Positions 11,211 to 24,950 of a DNA stretch of 64,000 bases are shown in pieces. The notes beneath the pieces are model-generated. The model was not told the origin of the DNA. It made no database searches and was given only the letters and a program-made list of their open reading frames with translations. A program made the position numbers and the translations under genes. Within the stretch, counting starts at the first letter, position 1, and each line of letters opens with the position of its first letter. The stretch lies in the NCBI GenBank assembly GCA_963727625.1, contig CAVSHR010000007.1:96001-160000 (forward strand), in the 5' to 3' direction. Source of the DNA: an uncultured delta proteobacterium (GTDB lineage Bacteria > Desulfobacterota > Binatia > UBA9968).

Positions 11211-11307
11211 CACGTGCGATGCCGCCGTGGAGAGGATCGCTAGCGAGAGTGCGCCGCATGGCGGATCATCACCAAAGGCTTCGTGATGTACACAATGGAA
11301 ACCGAAC

Positions 11308-12087
11308 ATGTGTAATAAATTCGTCGTCGGCAACTGGAAGATGTATACCACTGCAGCCGAGGCAAGACGGCTGGCCAAGGCGGTCGTGGATGGCGTGAGC
11401 AACGAGGAGCGCGCATCGGTCGCTATCTGTCCGCCTTTCCCCTATCTCGCTCTTGTCGGTGAGATTCTCAAGGGCAGCCGTGTCGCGCTCGGGGCGCAGA
11501 ACCTCTTTCCCGAGAAGGAAGGCGCGTTCACCGGCGAGGTCAGCCCGACGATGCTCCTCGATCTCGGCTGCAAGTACGTTATCCTCGGACACAGCGAGCG
11601 CCGTCACAAGCTGGGCGAATCCGATACGTTCATAAACCAAAAGGTACGGGTTGCCCTGGCCGCCGGCCTCGACGTGATCTTCTGCATCGGCGAGACTCTG
11701 GACCAACGTGAGGCCGACCAGACCGAAGCGGTGCTCGACCGGCAACTCATCCAGGGATTGGCCGACCTGTCGGCGGATACCTTGACCCGCCTGAGCATCG
11801 CGTACGAACCGGTCTGGGCAATCGGTAGCCTCGGACACCACGCCACCCCTCAGCAGGCTCAGGAGGCGCACGCCGTCATTCGGCGCCGCTTCGGTCAGAT
11901 GTTCGATGAGAAATCGGCTCAGACGCTTGCCATACAGTACGGCGGCAGCGTCAAGCCGGAGAACGCTGCCGCGCTGCTTAGCCAGCACGGTGTGGACGGC
12001 GCCCTCATCGGCGGCGCCAGCCTACATGCCGACCAGTTTCTGGCCATCGTCCGGGCCGGGATTCAAACCGAAGGAGACTCAGCATGA
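11308..12087 (+). CDS. tpiA: Triosephosphate isomerase
   Basis: VGNWKM, GAFTGEVS, LGHSERR, AYEPVWAIG, YGGSVKP, DGALIGGAS. Confidence 0.97.
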   Translation: MCNKFVVGNWKMYTTAAEARRLAKAVVDGVSNEERASVAICPPFPYLALVGEILKGSRVALGAQNLFPEKEGAFTGEVSPTMLLDLGCKYVILGHSERRHKLGESDTFINQKVRVALAAGLDVIFCIGETLDQREADQTEAVLDRQLIQGLADLSADTLTRLSIAYEPVWAIGSLGHHATPQQAQEAHAVIRRRFGQMFDEKSAQTLAIQYGGSVKPENAAALLSQHGVDGALIGGASLHADQFLAIVRAGIQTEGDSA

Positions 12088-12172
12088 CAGCAATCGCATC
12101 ACTCACCACAAGCCCAAGCATTACATCGACAAGCACGGTGAGGACAATCCGGAAATGCGTAATTGGAAATGG
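12084..12172 (+). pseudogene. Third, internally deleted phosphoketolase remnant
   Basis: RBS aaggag and ATG 12084 followed closely by KHYIDKHGEDNPEMRNWKW, versus xfp end [19 protein letters not shown]. Confidence 0.75.
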
Positions 12173-12243
12173 CTGAACACCATGAATAACCACGAAGCAA
12201 ATCCCCCGAGATCATTAGAGATAAAAGAGAAAGCAGAAAACCA

Positions 12244-12465
12244 ATGACTAAGCTTGGGCACGATCATCAGCACAGCAGCGAACCGGATCGAGACGGAGGT
12301 CATGTTAAACCCCCTTACTGGAAGCGGGCGCATCATGACTGGCGTTTCTTGGTTGGCGTGTTTTTTATGTTTGCGGCGATCATTATTTACGTCATGAGCG
12401 AGGACTTGGCTTGGCGGCCGCGCAGCCAACGGCAACAGCCGCAGTCAGAGGTCGGCGGAAAATAG
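12244..12465 (+). CDS. Small single-pass membrane protein of unknown function
   Basis: 73 aa with His-rich N-terminus, PYWKRAHHDWRF and one hydrophobic helix; same strand as island genes. Confidence 0.6.
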   Translation: MTKLGHDHQHSSEPDRDGGHVKPPYWKRAHHDWRFLVGVFFMFAAIIIYVMSEDLAWRPRSQRQQPQSEVGGK

Positions 12466-12517
12466 CGGCGCCCCCGGAGACTTTCATACGCAAGGAGCGC
12501 GACCGAAAGAGGATGCC

Positions 12518-12765
12518 ATGAATCAAATACCTCTGTATCCCCTACGATTCGAACCAATTTGCCAGTATCGCCTCTGGGGCGGCAGCCCGACGCCAAGGCC
12601 GGACCGAAACCTGAATCCAAGGCCAAGACACCTGCCGATTTGACGCCGCAGATCGTCAAGCGAGTACATGAACTCTACGAGGAACTAGGGCGCAAAGACC
12701 TTCAGGCAGTTGAAGACTTGGAGAAGGCGGAGCGCGAGAATCGAAAAAATGAAGCCCACAAATAA
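12518..12765 (+). pseudogene. Chimeric scar: 5' stub of a second manA joined to a Pro/Lys-rich, DUF2934-like C-terminal tail of a deleted gene
   Basis: 12518-12583 MNQIPLYPLRFEPICQYRLWGG matches the manA start (PMYPLQFEPICQYRLWGG); then PDAKAGPKPESKAKTPADLTPQIVKRVHELYEELGR...EKAERE. Confidence 0.65.
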
Positions 12766-12804
12766 TAAACAGAACCGAACCGCGCGTTGGGTATTGCCGA
12801 AGGG

Positions 12805-13674
12805 ATGAAGATGAAAATCAATTCAAAGGATTTCCGTGTGCGACCCGGAGAAAAGGTCAAACTCAATGCGTGGCCGACGATTGTGAAGCCCTTTTGCAAG
12901 TCGAAGAAGCGGTATCAAAAACTTCTGGCAGAACACGTTGAGGAGTTGAGTTCGCTGCAACGCCTTCACTACGCGTCAGACCGCTATGCCTTGCTGCTGA
13001 TTTTTCAGGCGATGGACGCCGCCGGCAAGGACGGGGCCATCCGGCACGTCATGTCCGGGGTCAATCCGCAGGGCTGCCAGGTTTTCAGTTTCAAACAGCC
13101 GAGCGCCGAAGAGTTGGAACATGATTTTCTCTGGCGCACGACCTGCCGTCTGCCGGAACGCGGGCGCATCGGCATCTTCAATCGTTCCTACTACGAGGAA
13201 GTTCTCATCGTTCGCGTGCATCCAGAGATTCTCAAAAGCCAAAGGCTGCCGGATGTGTTACCTGAGGGGAAGACAATCTGGCAGGACCGGTATCGTTCCA
13301 TTGTGGACTTCGAAGGGCACCTCCACCGCAACGGCACGCAAATCATTAAATTTTTTCTCCATCTGTCGAAGGAGGAACAGCGAAAGCGGTTCCTTGAACG
13401 CATTGATGAGCCGGACAAGAACTGGAAATTCAGCGTCGCGGACATCCACGAGCGGAAATACTGGAAACATTACATGCAGGCTTATGAGGATTGCCTGAAC
13501 GCGACAAGCACTGATCACGCGCCCTGGTACGCCGTTCCCGCCGATGATAAGGAGAATGCCCGGTTGATTGTTTCCCAAATTGTCGTTGATGCACTGAGTG
13601 AACTGAAGATGGCCTATCCCAAGCTCACCGCGAAACGCCGGCAGGAATTGAAAGCCATCCGCAAACAACTCTGA
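12805..13674 (+). CDS. ppk2: Polyphosphate kinase 2 family protein (class III-like)
   Basis: Walker [24 protein letters not shown], Walker [33 protein letters not shown]. Confidence 0.93.
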   Translation: MKMKINSKDFRVRPGEKVKLNAWPTIVKPFCKSKKRYQKLLAEHVEELSSLQRLHYASDRYALLLIFQAMDAAGKDGAIRHVMSGVNPQGCQVFSFKQPSAEELEHDFLWRTTCRLPERGRIGIFNRSYYEEVLIVRVHPEILKSQRLPDVLPEGKTIWQDRYRSIVDFEGHLHRNGTQIIKFFLHLSKEEQRKRFLERIDEPDKNWKFSVADIHERKYWKHYMQAYEDCLNATSTDHAPWYAVPADDKENARLIVSQIVVDALSELKMAYPKLTAKRRQELKAIRKQL

Positions 13675-13685
13675 AGGCAAAACCT

Positions 13686-14726
13686 ATGACAAATCAGCAC
13701 TCTCAACAACCTATGTATCCACTGCAATTCGAACCGATTTGTCAGTATCGCCTCTGGGGCGGGCGGCGTCTGGCCGGCCTGCTCTCAGCTCGGCTGCCCG
13801 GCGATGGCCCCATCGGCGAAGCCTGGCTACTGAGCGACCGCAATGACCATCCCAGCCGGGTTGCCGATGGACCGCTCAAAGGACGGACCATCGCACAGTT
13901 GCTAGAGCAGTCGCCGGAGCAGCTGCTGGGAAAACTGGCCGGGCGCTTCCGCCGGTTCCCCTTGCTGCTGAAGTTCCTCGATGCGCGCGAAATGCTTTCG
14001 GTCCAAGTGCATCCGTCCGATTCGCAAACTGACTATCTGCCGCCGGGTGAACACGGCAAGACCGAAGCCTGGGTCGTTCTGGAGGCGGAGCCGGAGAGCC
14101 GTATCTACGCGGGACTGAAGCCGGGCACCACCGCCGACGATTTGCGGCGGGCGCTCGCGAACCGGACGGTGGCGGACTATCTGGCGGGCTTCAAGCCAAA
14201 GCCGGGCGACAGCGTCTTTCTGCAAGCCGGCACCGTTCACTCGCTGGGCAGCGGCCTGGTGGTTTTCGAAGTACAGCAAAACAGCGACGTGACGTTTCGC
14301 CTGTACGACTGGGATCGAGTTGACGCCAAGACCGGCCGCCAGCGCGCTCTGCAAGTCGATCAAGCGATTGCCTGTATTGATTTTGCCCAAGGTCCGGTCG
14401 GTCCGGTAGCGCCGGTTGTGGAGTTCGAGAGTGCGGTGCTGCGTGAACGACTCTTTGATTGTGAACACTTCGAGTTGTGGCGCTGCCGCGGCGAATCGCC
14501 CTTTACGGTCGGCGCAACGGGAACGCCGCGCGTGCTGGTGTGCATCGCCGGCGCGGGTCAGCTGGAGCACAAGAGCACGATTTATGATGTCGGTAATGGC
14601 GATGTGATGCTCTTGCCGGCTGTGGTCGGTGCGTGTGATTTTCGGCCGCGCGGGGCAGCGAGCTTATTGGAAATTGCCTTGCCGGAAGTTGCATGGCCCA
14701 AGGTTTCCGAACTCAATCTACTTTGA
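13686..14726 (+). CDS. manA: Mannose-6-phosphate isomerase, type I (cupin)
   Basis: LWGG, IGEAW, FPLLLKFLDA, LSVQVHP, GKTEAW, GTVHSLG, EVQQNSDVTFRLYDW. Confidence 0.92.
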   Translation: MTNQHSQQPMYPLQFEPICQYRLWGGRRLAGLLSARLPGDGPIGEAWLLSDRNDHPSRVADGPLKGRTIAQLLEQSPEQLLGKLAGRFRRFPLLLKFLDAREMLSVQVHPSDSQTDYLPPGEHGKTEAWVVLEAEPESRIYAGLKPGTTADDLRRALANRTVADYLAGFKPKPGDSVFLQAGTVHSLGSGLVVFEVQQNSDVTFRLYDWDRVDAKTGRQRALQVDQAIACIDFAQGPVGPVAPVVEFESAVLRERLFDCEHFELWRCRGESPFTVGATGTPRVLVCIAGAGQLEHKSTIYDVGNGDVMLLPAVVGACDFRPRGAASLLEIALPEVAWPKVSELNLL

Positions 14727-14779
14727 GAATAGAGACTGAGCTGAACGGATGAAGTCAAACGAATAGCCAGAAACCAAAA

Positions 14780-15558
14780 ATGAAAAAGCTCATTGTTTTC
14801 GATCTCGATGGTACGCTTGCCGAAAGCAAGTCACCTCTTGACGCTGAGATGGCAGAACTTCTCAGCGCGCTTCTTGGCATTGTCAAGGTGGCGGTTATTT
14901 CCGGCGGCAACTGGCCCCAATTCGAAAAGCAATTGCTGTCCAATCTATCCCATAACGGTCAGCTGAAGAATTTGTCGCTCCTTCCTACTTGTGGAACAAA
15001 ATTCTACCGATATGGATCGGATTGGGAACAGCTTTATGCGGAAGATTTCACCAATGAACAGAAACAAACAATTATCAGTTCAATGAAGGAGGCGATTGAG
15101 GCGTCGGGCTTTAAGGCCGAGCGAGTTTGGGGAGAGCCGATCGAAGACCGGGGAAGTCAGATTACCTTTTCCGCGTTAGGTCAGCAGGCACCTTTGGAAG
15201 AAAAAAAGAAGTGGGATCCGGATTTCGCGAAGCGGAAGAAGATCAAAGCAGACCTGGAAAAATTCATTCCCGAATTTTCGGTGCGCTTGGGTGGCACGAC
15301 TTCCGTTGATGTCACCAAGCCGGGCATCGACAAAGCCTACGGTATTGGAAAACTGCGAGACATCCTGGGCATCACAATTAATGAGATGATTTTTATCGGC
15401 GATGCCTTGTTCCCCGGCGGCAATGACTATCCGGCCAAAGAAGCAGGCGTTATCTCGATCCAGGTCAGAGATCCCAATGAGACAAAGCGAGTAATCGATG
15501 CGATCATCGCATGCTTGGATAGCATGCAACCCAACACACTTTGCCGGAAAAACAGTTG

Positions 15559-15559
<1 letters not shown>
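14780..15559 (+). CDS. HAD-IIB enzyme, eukaryotic-type (PMM/Sec53-like) phosphomannomutase
   Basis: FDLDGTL, IEDRGSQITFS, GGTTSVDV, FIGDALFPGGNDYP; lies between manA and a GH130 gene. Confidence 0.8.
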
Positions 15560-18607
<3,048 letters not shown>

Positions 18608-18615
<8 letters not shown>

Positions 18616-18946
18616 AAAATCAGATACCAAGAGCGCGAAAGACCGGACTGCGTTTAGTCGGGAAGTCGGCGCGAAGGCGGCGCGCAAACTCAAGGCTCGG
18701 CGCAATTCCACGCAGGGCGTCTGGTTCGGCCTGGGCATGATGGGGCTTATTGGCTGGTCGGTGACGATTCCAACGCTGCTCGGCGCGGCGCTTGGTCTCT
18801 GGTTGGACAAACACCATTCGGGCGAGCATTCCTGGACGCTGGCGCTGTTGGTGGCCGGGCTCGCGATCGGTTGTTTAAATGCGTGGCATTGGGTTGCCAA
18901 GGAAGACCAGGCAATGCGGGAGGAACGGGAGGATAATGATGAATGA
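18608..18946 (+). CDS. atpQ: N-ATPase AtpQ (ATPase_gene1 family) membrane protein
   Basis: WFGLGMMGLIGWSV, G.WLD, GCLNAWHWV; two TM helices. Confidence 0.88.
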
Positions 18947-19253
18947 AACTTTGGCTCTGGTGCCGGCTTTGCTAACGGGGGTTTTGCTCGGCGCAATGTT
19001 CTTCGGCGGCCTTTGGTGGACGGTGCGGACGGGCGTTTCGTCCAAACGTCCGGCGCTTTGGTTCCTTGGCAGTCTTCTGCTGCGGACGAGTATTACCGTG
19101 ACTGGCTTTTATTTTGTCTCACGCGGTGATTGGCGTAAGCTGCTGTTGTGTCTCCTTGGTTTTGTCATCGCGCATTTCCTCGTGACGCGGCTTACCGGCT
19201 CGCCGGTCGAACTCCACAACGCCCCAGCGAAGGAGGCGAGCCATGCGCCTTAG
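18936..19253 (+). CDS. atpR: N-ATPase AtpR subunit
   Basis: G.LLGAMFFGGLWWTVR, SLLLRT; diagnostic N-ATPase gene before atpB. Confidence 0.88.
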   Translation: MMNETLALVPALLTGVLLGAMFFGGLWWTVRTGVSSKRPALWFLGSLLLRTSITVTGFYFVSRGDWRKLLLCLLGFVIAHFLVTRLTGSPVELHNAPAKEASHAP

Positions 19254-19938
19254 TCCCGATCAGATGATCTTCTGGCAACAGGGGTTTCTCAAACTCAACG
19301 CGACCCTTGTGTTCACGTGGGGACTGATGCTCGTGCTGGCCGCCGGTTCAAAACTGATCACGCGCAAACTTTCCACGGATCTTAAACGTTCCCGCTGGCA
19401 GAACTTTTTAGAAATCATCGTCACCGCCATCGAGAAACAAATCGAAGAAGTCGGCCTCCGCCAACCGGAGAAGTATCTCGGATTTCTCGGCACGCTCTTT
19501 CTGTTCGTCGCCACAGCCAGCCTCTGCACCGTCATTCCCGGCTACGAGCCGCCAACTGGCTCGCTCTCGACCACGGTGGCGCTCGCGCTGTGCGTGTTCG
19601 TAGCCGTGCCGCTCTTCGGCATCGAGGAGCAAGGGGTGGGCAACTACCTCAAGTCCTATGTGAAGCCAACATTTATCATGCTGCCGTTTAACATCATCAG
19701 CGAACTTTCGCGCACGCTGGCCCTGGCCGTCCGTTTGTTCGGCAACATGATGAGCGGGGCGATGATTATCGCTATCCTGCTCACCATCACGCCTTTCATC
19801 TTTCCGATCGTCATGACGGCGCTCGGTCTGCTAACCGGCATGGTGCAGGCCTACATCTTCAGCATCCTGGCCGCGGTTTATATCGCGGCCGCCACGCGAG
19901 TCCGCAAGCCCCAGCCCGAACCCGATGCAAAACATTGA
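19243..19938 (+). CDS. atpB: N-ATPase a subunit
   Basis: LPFNIISELSRTLALAVRLFGNMMSG, VQAYIF. Confidence 0.95.
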   Translation: MRLSPDQMIFWQQGFLKLNATLVFTWGLMLVLAAGSKLITRKLSTDLKRSRWQNFLEIIVTAIEKQIEEVGLRQPEKYLGFLGTLFLFVATASLCTVIPGYEPPTGSLSTTVALALCVFVAVPLFGIEEQGVGNYLKSYVKPTFIMLPFNIISELSRTLALAVRLFGNMMSGAMIIAILLTITPFIFPIVMTALGLLTGMVQAYIFSILAAVYIAAATRVRKPQPEPDAKH

Positions 19939-19969
19939 AGCATGAACCACGACAACAGAAGGAGATCCT

Positions 19970-20251
19970 ATGGATAGCATTACGATTATCGCGGTGGCAT
20001 CAATTGTCATTGCCGGCATCACCACCGGTTTCGGCACGATGGGGCCTGCGCTGGCGGAAGGGAGGGCGGTTGCGACGGCGCTGAGTTCGCTGGCCCAGCA
20101 GCCAGATGCCTCCGCTACTATCACCCGGACGCTATTTGTCGGTCTGGCGATGATCGAGTCCACGGCCATTTACTGCTTCGTGGTCTCGATGATTCTCATC
20201 TTCGCCAATCCGTTCTGGAATCACGTCATCGCCCAAGCCGCGGGAAAGTAA
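19970..20251 (+). CDS. atpE: N-ATPase c subunit with Na+-binding signature
   Basis: ALAEGRA (Glu in helix 1), AQQPD loop, MIESTAIY; RBS aaggag. Confidence 0.95.
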   Translation: MDSITIIAVASIVIAGITTGFGTMGPALAEGRAVATALSSLAQQPDASATITRTLFVGLAMIESTAIYCFVVSMILIFANPFWNHVIAQAAGK

Positions 20252-20254
20252 CCC

Positions 20255-21076
20255 ATGCTCATCGATTGGTTCACCGTCGGAGCGCAAGCGCTCAACTTTC
20301 TCATCCTGGTGTGGTTGATGAAGCGCTTTCTTTACAAGCCCATCCTCCTCGCCATCGACGCGCGGGAGAAGCGGATCGCTGCGGAACTCGCGGACGCCGA
20401 CGCGAAAAAGGCCGAAGCTCAAAAGGAGCGCGATGAGTTCCAGCACAAGAACGAGGAGTTCGAACGGCAGCGCGCCGCGCTCTTGAGCAAAGCAACAGAC
20501 GAAGCGCAGGCCGAACGTCAGCGGCTCCTCGACGAAGCGCGCAAGGCCGCCGCAGCTTTGAGTTCAAAGCGGCAGGAAACGTTGAGAAACGAAGAACATG
20601 ACTTACATCAAGCAATCAGCCGCCGGACGCAGCAGGAAGTATTCGCCATCGCACGAAAGGCGCTGACGGATCTCGCCACGACGAGTTTGGAAGAACGCCT
20701 GGGCGAGGTGTTCACTCGCCGCTTGCGAGAGATGGACGCCCGGGCGAAAGCAGGCCTCGCCGAGGCCCTTAGGACAGCGTCTGACCCCGCCCTCGTGCGC
20801 AGCGCGTTTGACCTGCCTGCGGAGCAACGCGCTGCGATACAGAATGCGCTCAACGAAACCTTCTCGGCTGAAATCCACGTCCGGTTCGAGACCGCGCCAG
20901 ACCTGATCGGCGGCATTGAACTCACCACGAATGGACAAAAGGTGGCGTGGAGCATTGCGGATTATCTGGCGTCGCTGGGAAAGGGCGTCGACGAACTTCT
21001 GAAAGAAAAGGACAAACCTGAAGCCAAAGCCGAGCCTAAACCTGAAGAACTTAAGCCCGGAACAAAGAGTCAATGA
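20255..21076 (+). CDS. atpF: N-ATPase b subunit with fused delta-like C-terminal region
   Basis: [30 protein letters not shown], coiled coil, DLIGGIEL...KVAWSI; no separate atpH. Confidence 0.92.
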   Translation: MLIDWFTVGAQALNFLILVWLMKRFLYKPILLAIDAREKRIAAELADADAKKAEAQKERDEFQHKNEEFERQRAALLSKATDEAQAERQRLLDEARKAAAALSSKRQETLRNEEHDLHQAISRRTQQEVFAIARKALTDLATTSLEERLGEVFTRRLREMDARAKAGLAEALRTASDPALVRSAFDLPAEQRAAIQNALNETFSAEIHVRFETAPDLIGGIELTTNGQKVAWSIADYLASLGKGVDELLKEKDKPEAKAEPKPEELKPGTKSQ

Positions 21077-22674
21077 ACATGGAACGTGAGAGCCTCCAGA
21101 AAGTATTCGACAGCGCGTTTGCTGGAATAAGCCAGGTGCGGGAAGCATTCACGCCGCAACTGAGGCTACGGGAGGTGGGCACGATCACCAGCCTCGCCAC
21201 CGGCATCGCCACGGTGTCGGGACTCCCCGGCGTGGGCTTTGATGAATTGGTGACGTTTCCCGGCGATGTGCTCGGCATTGCCTTCAACGTGGACGCAGAC
21301 GAAATTGGCGTCGTTCTGCTCGGCGAATACTGGCATCTCCACGCGGGAGATGAAGTCCAGCGCACGGGCCGGGTCATGGACGTGGCCGTGGGCGATGGAT
21401 TGCTGGGGCGCGTCATCGACCCGCTCGGTCGGCCACTCGACGGCAAGGGGCTGGTAGCCGCCAGCGAGCGCCTGCCCGTCGAACGCCCCGCCGCGCTCAT
21501 CATGGACCGCGCGCCCGTCACGGTGCCGCTCCAGACCGGCCTGAAAGTCATCGATGCGCTCATTCCCGTGGGGCGCGGCCAGCGCGAGTTGATTCTCGGC
21601 GATCGTCAAACAGGCAAGACCACGATCGCGCTCGATACGATTCTCAATCAGCGCGACCAAAATGTCATGTGCGTTTATTGTGCCATCGGACAGCGCGCGT
21701 CCGCCGTCGCGAAGGCCGTGGCGACCTTGCAGGAAAAGGGCGCGATGGATTACACCGTCGTCGTAGTGACCGAGGGCAACGACCCGCCGGGTCTCGCTTA
21801 CATCGCTCCTTACGCCGCCACCAGCATCGCCGAGTCTTTCATGGAAGCGGGCCGAGATGTGCTGATTGTTTACGACGACCTCACCCATCACGCGCGTGCC
21901 TACCGCGAACTCTCGCTCTTGCTGCGCCGCCCGCCCGGTCGCGAAGCGTTTCCCGGCGACATTTTTTATATCCACTCGCGGCTGCTCGAACGTGCAACGC
22001 ACTTACGTAAGGAACTCGGCGGCGGCTCCCTCACCGCGCTGCCCATCATCGAAACCGAAGCGCAGGACATTTCCGCCTATATTCCGACCAACTTGATTTC
22101 CATCACGGATGGGCAGATCTACCTATCGCCGTCGCTGTTCGAATTGGGCGTATTGCCCGCGGTTGATGTCGGCAAATCCGTTTCGCGGGTCGGCGGCAAG
22201 GCGCAACGAGCGGCCTATCGCGCGGTGGCAGGCGACCTCAAGCTCGCCTACGCGCAGTTCGAGGAACTCGAAACTTTTTCCCGGTTCGGCGCCCGCCTGG
22301 ATGAAGACACCCGCAAGATCATCGAGCACGGGCGGCGCATCCGCGCCTGCCTCAAGCAGCCCGAATTCGCTCCGGTGTCCGTGCCCGCACAAATAGCCGT
22401 GCTGCTGGCGTTGACTGCGGAACTCTTCGACCGCGTGCCGCTTGACCGGATGACGGACGCGGAGCACTCGCTGCGCGAGGCGGCGGGGGATATCCCGGCG
22501 CAGGTGCGAGAGCGATTGGATACTGCCGACAAATTGAGCGACGAGGATCGGCGAACGATCCTCGGAATTGCCCGCCAGGCGCTCGCACGTTTTCAGCCCA
22601 AGCCCGAACCCGGGTCTAAGCCGGAAGTCCAAACCGAGCTCAAACCCAGGCCCGAACTGAAGGCGAAATCATGA
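21073..22674 (+). CDS. atpA: N-ATPase alpha subunit
   Basis: [50 protein letters not shown]. Confidence 0.97.
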   Translation: MNMERESLQKVFDSAFAGISQVREAFTPQLRLREVGTITSLATGIATVSGLPGVGFDELVTFPGDVLGIAFNVDADEIGVVLLGEYWHLHAGDEVQRTGRVMDVAVGDGLLGRVIDPLGRPLDGKGLVAASERLPVERPAALIMDRAPVTVPLQTGLKVIDALIPVGRGQRELILGDRQTGKTTIALDTILNQRDQNVMCVYCAIGQRASAVAKAVATLQEKGAMDYTVVVVTEGNDPPGLAYIAPYAATSIAESFMEAGRDVLIVYDDLTHHARAYRELSLLLRRPPGREAFPGDIFYIHSRLLERATHLRKELGGGSLTALPIIETEAQDISAYIPTNLISITDGQIYLSPSLFELGVLPAVDVGKSVSRVGGKAQRAAYRAVAGDLKLAYAQFEELETFSRFGARLDEDTRKIIEHGRRIRACLKQPEFAPVSVPAQIAVLLALTAELFDRVPLDRMTDAEHSLREAAGDIPAQVRERLDTADKLSDEDRRTILGIARQALARFQPKPEPGSKPEVQTELKPRPELKAKS

Positions 22675-23603
22675 GCGAGACTACGGCGAGCCTGCGACGA
22701 AAGATCAACAGTGCCGGAGATCTCCAATCCGTTGTTCGCTCGATGAAGGCCTTGGCCGCATCGAGTATCGGACAATACGAGAAATCGGTGAGCGCCCTAG
22801 CCGACTACTATCGCACCGTAGAGCTGGGGTTGGGCGTCTGCTTCCGGGAAGGCGCGCCGGCGGCCTTAGTGGCAGAACGGAAAGAACAAACAGTTGCGGG
22901 TGCGATGGGCGCGGTCGTGTTCGGTTCAGACCAGGGACTGGTCGGCCAATTTAATGATGTGGTGGCCGATTACGCGTTCAAGACGCTGGCGGCCCTGCCG
23001 GGCAAACCCCAGATCTGGGCCGTCGGTGAGCGCGTTCATGCGCGCTTGGCGGACGCCGGCCTGCCGCCGATGGGACTGTTCGCCGTGCCGAATTCCGTCA
23101 AGGCCATTGCCCCGCTCGTCGGGCAAATTCTCATGGAGACCGAGACGCGCCACAGCCCTTCGACTACACTCAGGACAGGCCAGGGTGAAGTCACCGAACT
23201 CCACCTCTTCTACAACCGCCCCACATCCGGAGCGGTTTATGAGCCCGTCAGTCAGCGACTGCTGCCGCTGGACGAAAACTGGCGACGCAAGCTCGCTAAG
23301 CGTCCCTGGCCGACGAAGAACTTGCCCGAGGTGATGGGTGGCGACGTCGAGACCTTGCGGGCGCTCATCCGCGAGTATCTCTTCGTTTCGCTTTTCCGGG
23401 CCTGCGCCGAATCCCTCGCCAGCGAGAACGCGAGCCGCCTGGCGGCGATGCAGCGAGCCGAAAAAAATATCGACGAGTTGCTGGAGGATTTGAACGGAAC
23501 ATTCCATCGTCTGCGCCAGAGTGGCATCGATGAGGAACTGTTCGACGTCATCTCCGGCTTCGAAGCGCTGTCAAAAGGAAAAGCGCGTGGGAGCGCGGAG
23601 TGA
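22671..23603 (+). CDS. atpG: N-ATPase gamma subunit
   Basis: [49 protein letters not shown]. Confidence 0.95.
   Translation: MSETTASLRRKINSAGDLQSVVRSMKALAASSIGQYEKSVSALADYYRTVELGLGVCFREGAPAALVAERKEQTVAGAMGAVVFGSDQGLVGQFNDVVADYAFKTLAALPGKPQIWAVGERVHARLADAGLPPMGLFAVPNSVKAIAPLVGQILMETETRHSPSTTLRTGQGEVTELHLFYNRPTSGAVYEPVSQRLLPLDENWRRKLAKRPWPTKNLPEVMGGDVETLRALIREYLFVSLFRACAESLASENASRLAAMQRAEKNIDELLEDLNGTFHRLRQSGIDEELFDVISGFEALSKGKARGSAE
23157..23180 (+). repeat. 24-nt interspersed repeat-like insertion inside atpG (in frame, PSTTLRTG)
   Basis: ccttcgactacactcaggacaggc resembles the widespread CCTTCGACnnnGCTCAGG mini-repeat; its removal leaves RHS-QGE. Confidence 0.6.
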
Positions 23604-23639
23604 GTGCGCAGCGTCAAATCATAAAGACTCGGGGGGGTG

Positions 23640-23976
23640 CTGCTTTTGTGCTCGTGGCACTCAGGCACGCCTCATACGCCTTCGAGCATTGCCGCGAACG
23701 AGAGAAGTTGCAGCAACTGCAAGCGACCCCTCTGAAGAATTAACGAGCGCTGAGTCCCGGTGGGGTTTGCCCGGTCACGGGCGCAATCTTCTAAAACCCA
23801 AAAAGAGATCGGATTCACTGAGTCTTTTAATTGGTCAATTAGAGAGTCCGCTCATCCCCATTCTTTTATTGACACCGGCGTTGTCATTCTTAGTTACATG
23901 ATCCTGTTAACGCTCTTATCATTCTCACCATTGTTCTTGTAATCGGCCTGCTCGGATTTTGGCAGGAGCATAGCGC
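23640..23976 (+). pseudogene. Degraded 5' part of an MgtA-like P-type ATPase
   Basis: Frameshifted pieces LQQLQATP / LTSAE...GRNLLKPKKRSD.L.LL..Q.ESPLI.ILL / HDPVNALIILTIVLVIGLLGFWQEHSA. Confidence 0.7.
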
Positions 23977-24293
23977 ACGGGCAATGGCCTCGGGTGACTT
24001 TTGCACGAATAGGACCGGAACCATCTACTATTTCTCACAAGTGCGAAGTCCTGAATACTTTCGGCGAAAAAGTGCAGCGAGCTTCTGCTTTCTCGAGGGC
24101 ACGTAATTTGCTCAAATTACAAAAACAGCCCCGAATGGTGAAACGGGCCGGAGCGATTACACACTCCGAGAGAGCTGCAAAGCGATGCCCAAGGTAAAAA
24201 TGGCTCCGCTGTGAAACCGGGCGTGTCCTAGCCGATCAGCGGTTAATCTCCCCCTAAGATCTTTTACCGGGAGTCCGTCGACAAAAGAGGAAA

Positions 24294-24692
24294 ATGCTCA
24301 TGACTAAAAATAAAGTGTTCATTGGCTACGACTATGATGATGACAGGGCTGCCAAAGATCGGCTGCTTGGGTGGGACACCCATAAGGAATTTGATTACTC
24401 TTCCTACGACCGCGCCTTGGACGTCGCGATCGACAGCGAGGCGGCGGTCGCCATCAAACAGGACCTCGCCGCGCGCATCGGCGACTCCAATCTCTTTCTG
24501 TGCATCGTCGGCAAAGAGACCTACCACAGCGCCTGGATGGCCTGGGAAATCCGGCAGGCGGTCGCGCTCAAGAAGAAGCTCGTGGCCGCCAAGACCGATT
24601 CGACGAACAACTCGCCGACCGCCATGCAGGGGGTTGGGGCGTTGTGGAGCACGATGGTCGACTTCGAGTCCATCAAGAAAGCGATGAACTGA
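24294..24692 (+). CDS. Stand-alone TIR-domain protein (ThsB/DUF1863/MTH538-like)
   Basis: KVFIGYDY, I.DS..FLCIVGKET..SAWMAWEI (putative catalytic Glu); 132 aa; RBS agagg. Confidence 0.82.
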   Translation: MLMTKNKVFIGYDYDDDRAAKDRLLGWDTHKEFDYSSYDRALDVAIDSEAAVAIKQDLAARIGDSNLFLCIVGKETYHSAWMAWEIRQAVALKKKLVAAKTDSTNNSPTAMQGVGALWSTMVDFESIKKAMN

Positions 24693-24950
24693 CGGGAGTT
24701 CGTCGAGACCATCAGCGTTGTTGAGCAGGCCCTGCGTGAGAATCCTCACCGCATGATTTTTCCGATCACGGCCTTATTGGAAGAGACTGAAAGTGACGCG
24801 TAGCTCACGTGCCATTTTCAAGTTACGGAACCGCGCTTGCCCTCCAGAATTACTTGTGCGGACTGCCCGGCTCTGAGTGTTCCCCGTCGCTGGACAACTT
24901 GATAGCCTGGGTATGCCGGCCCGCGCCAGGACGCCCGTGAGGTATCTGGC

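Noticed and set aside
24294-24692. Complete Thoeris system
   Set aside because: No thsA-type effector gene is in the window.
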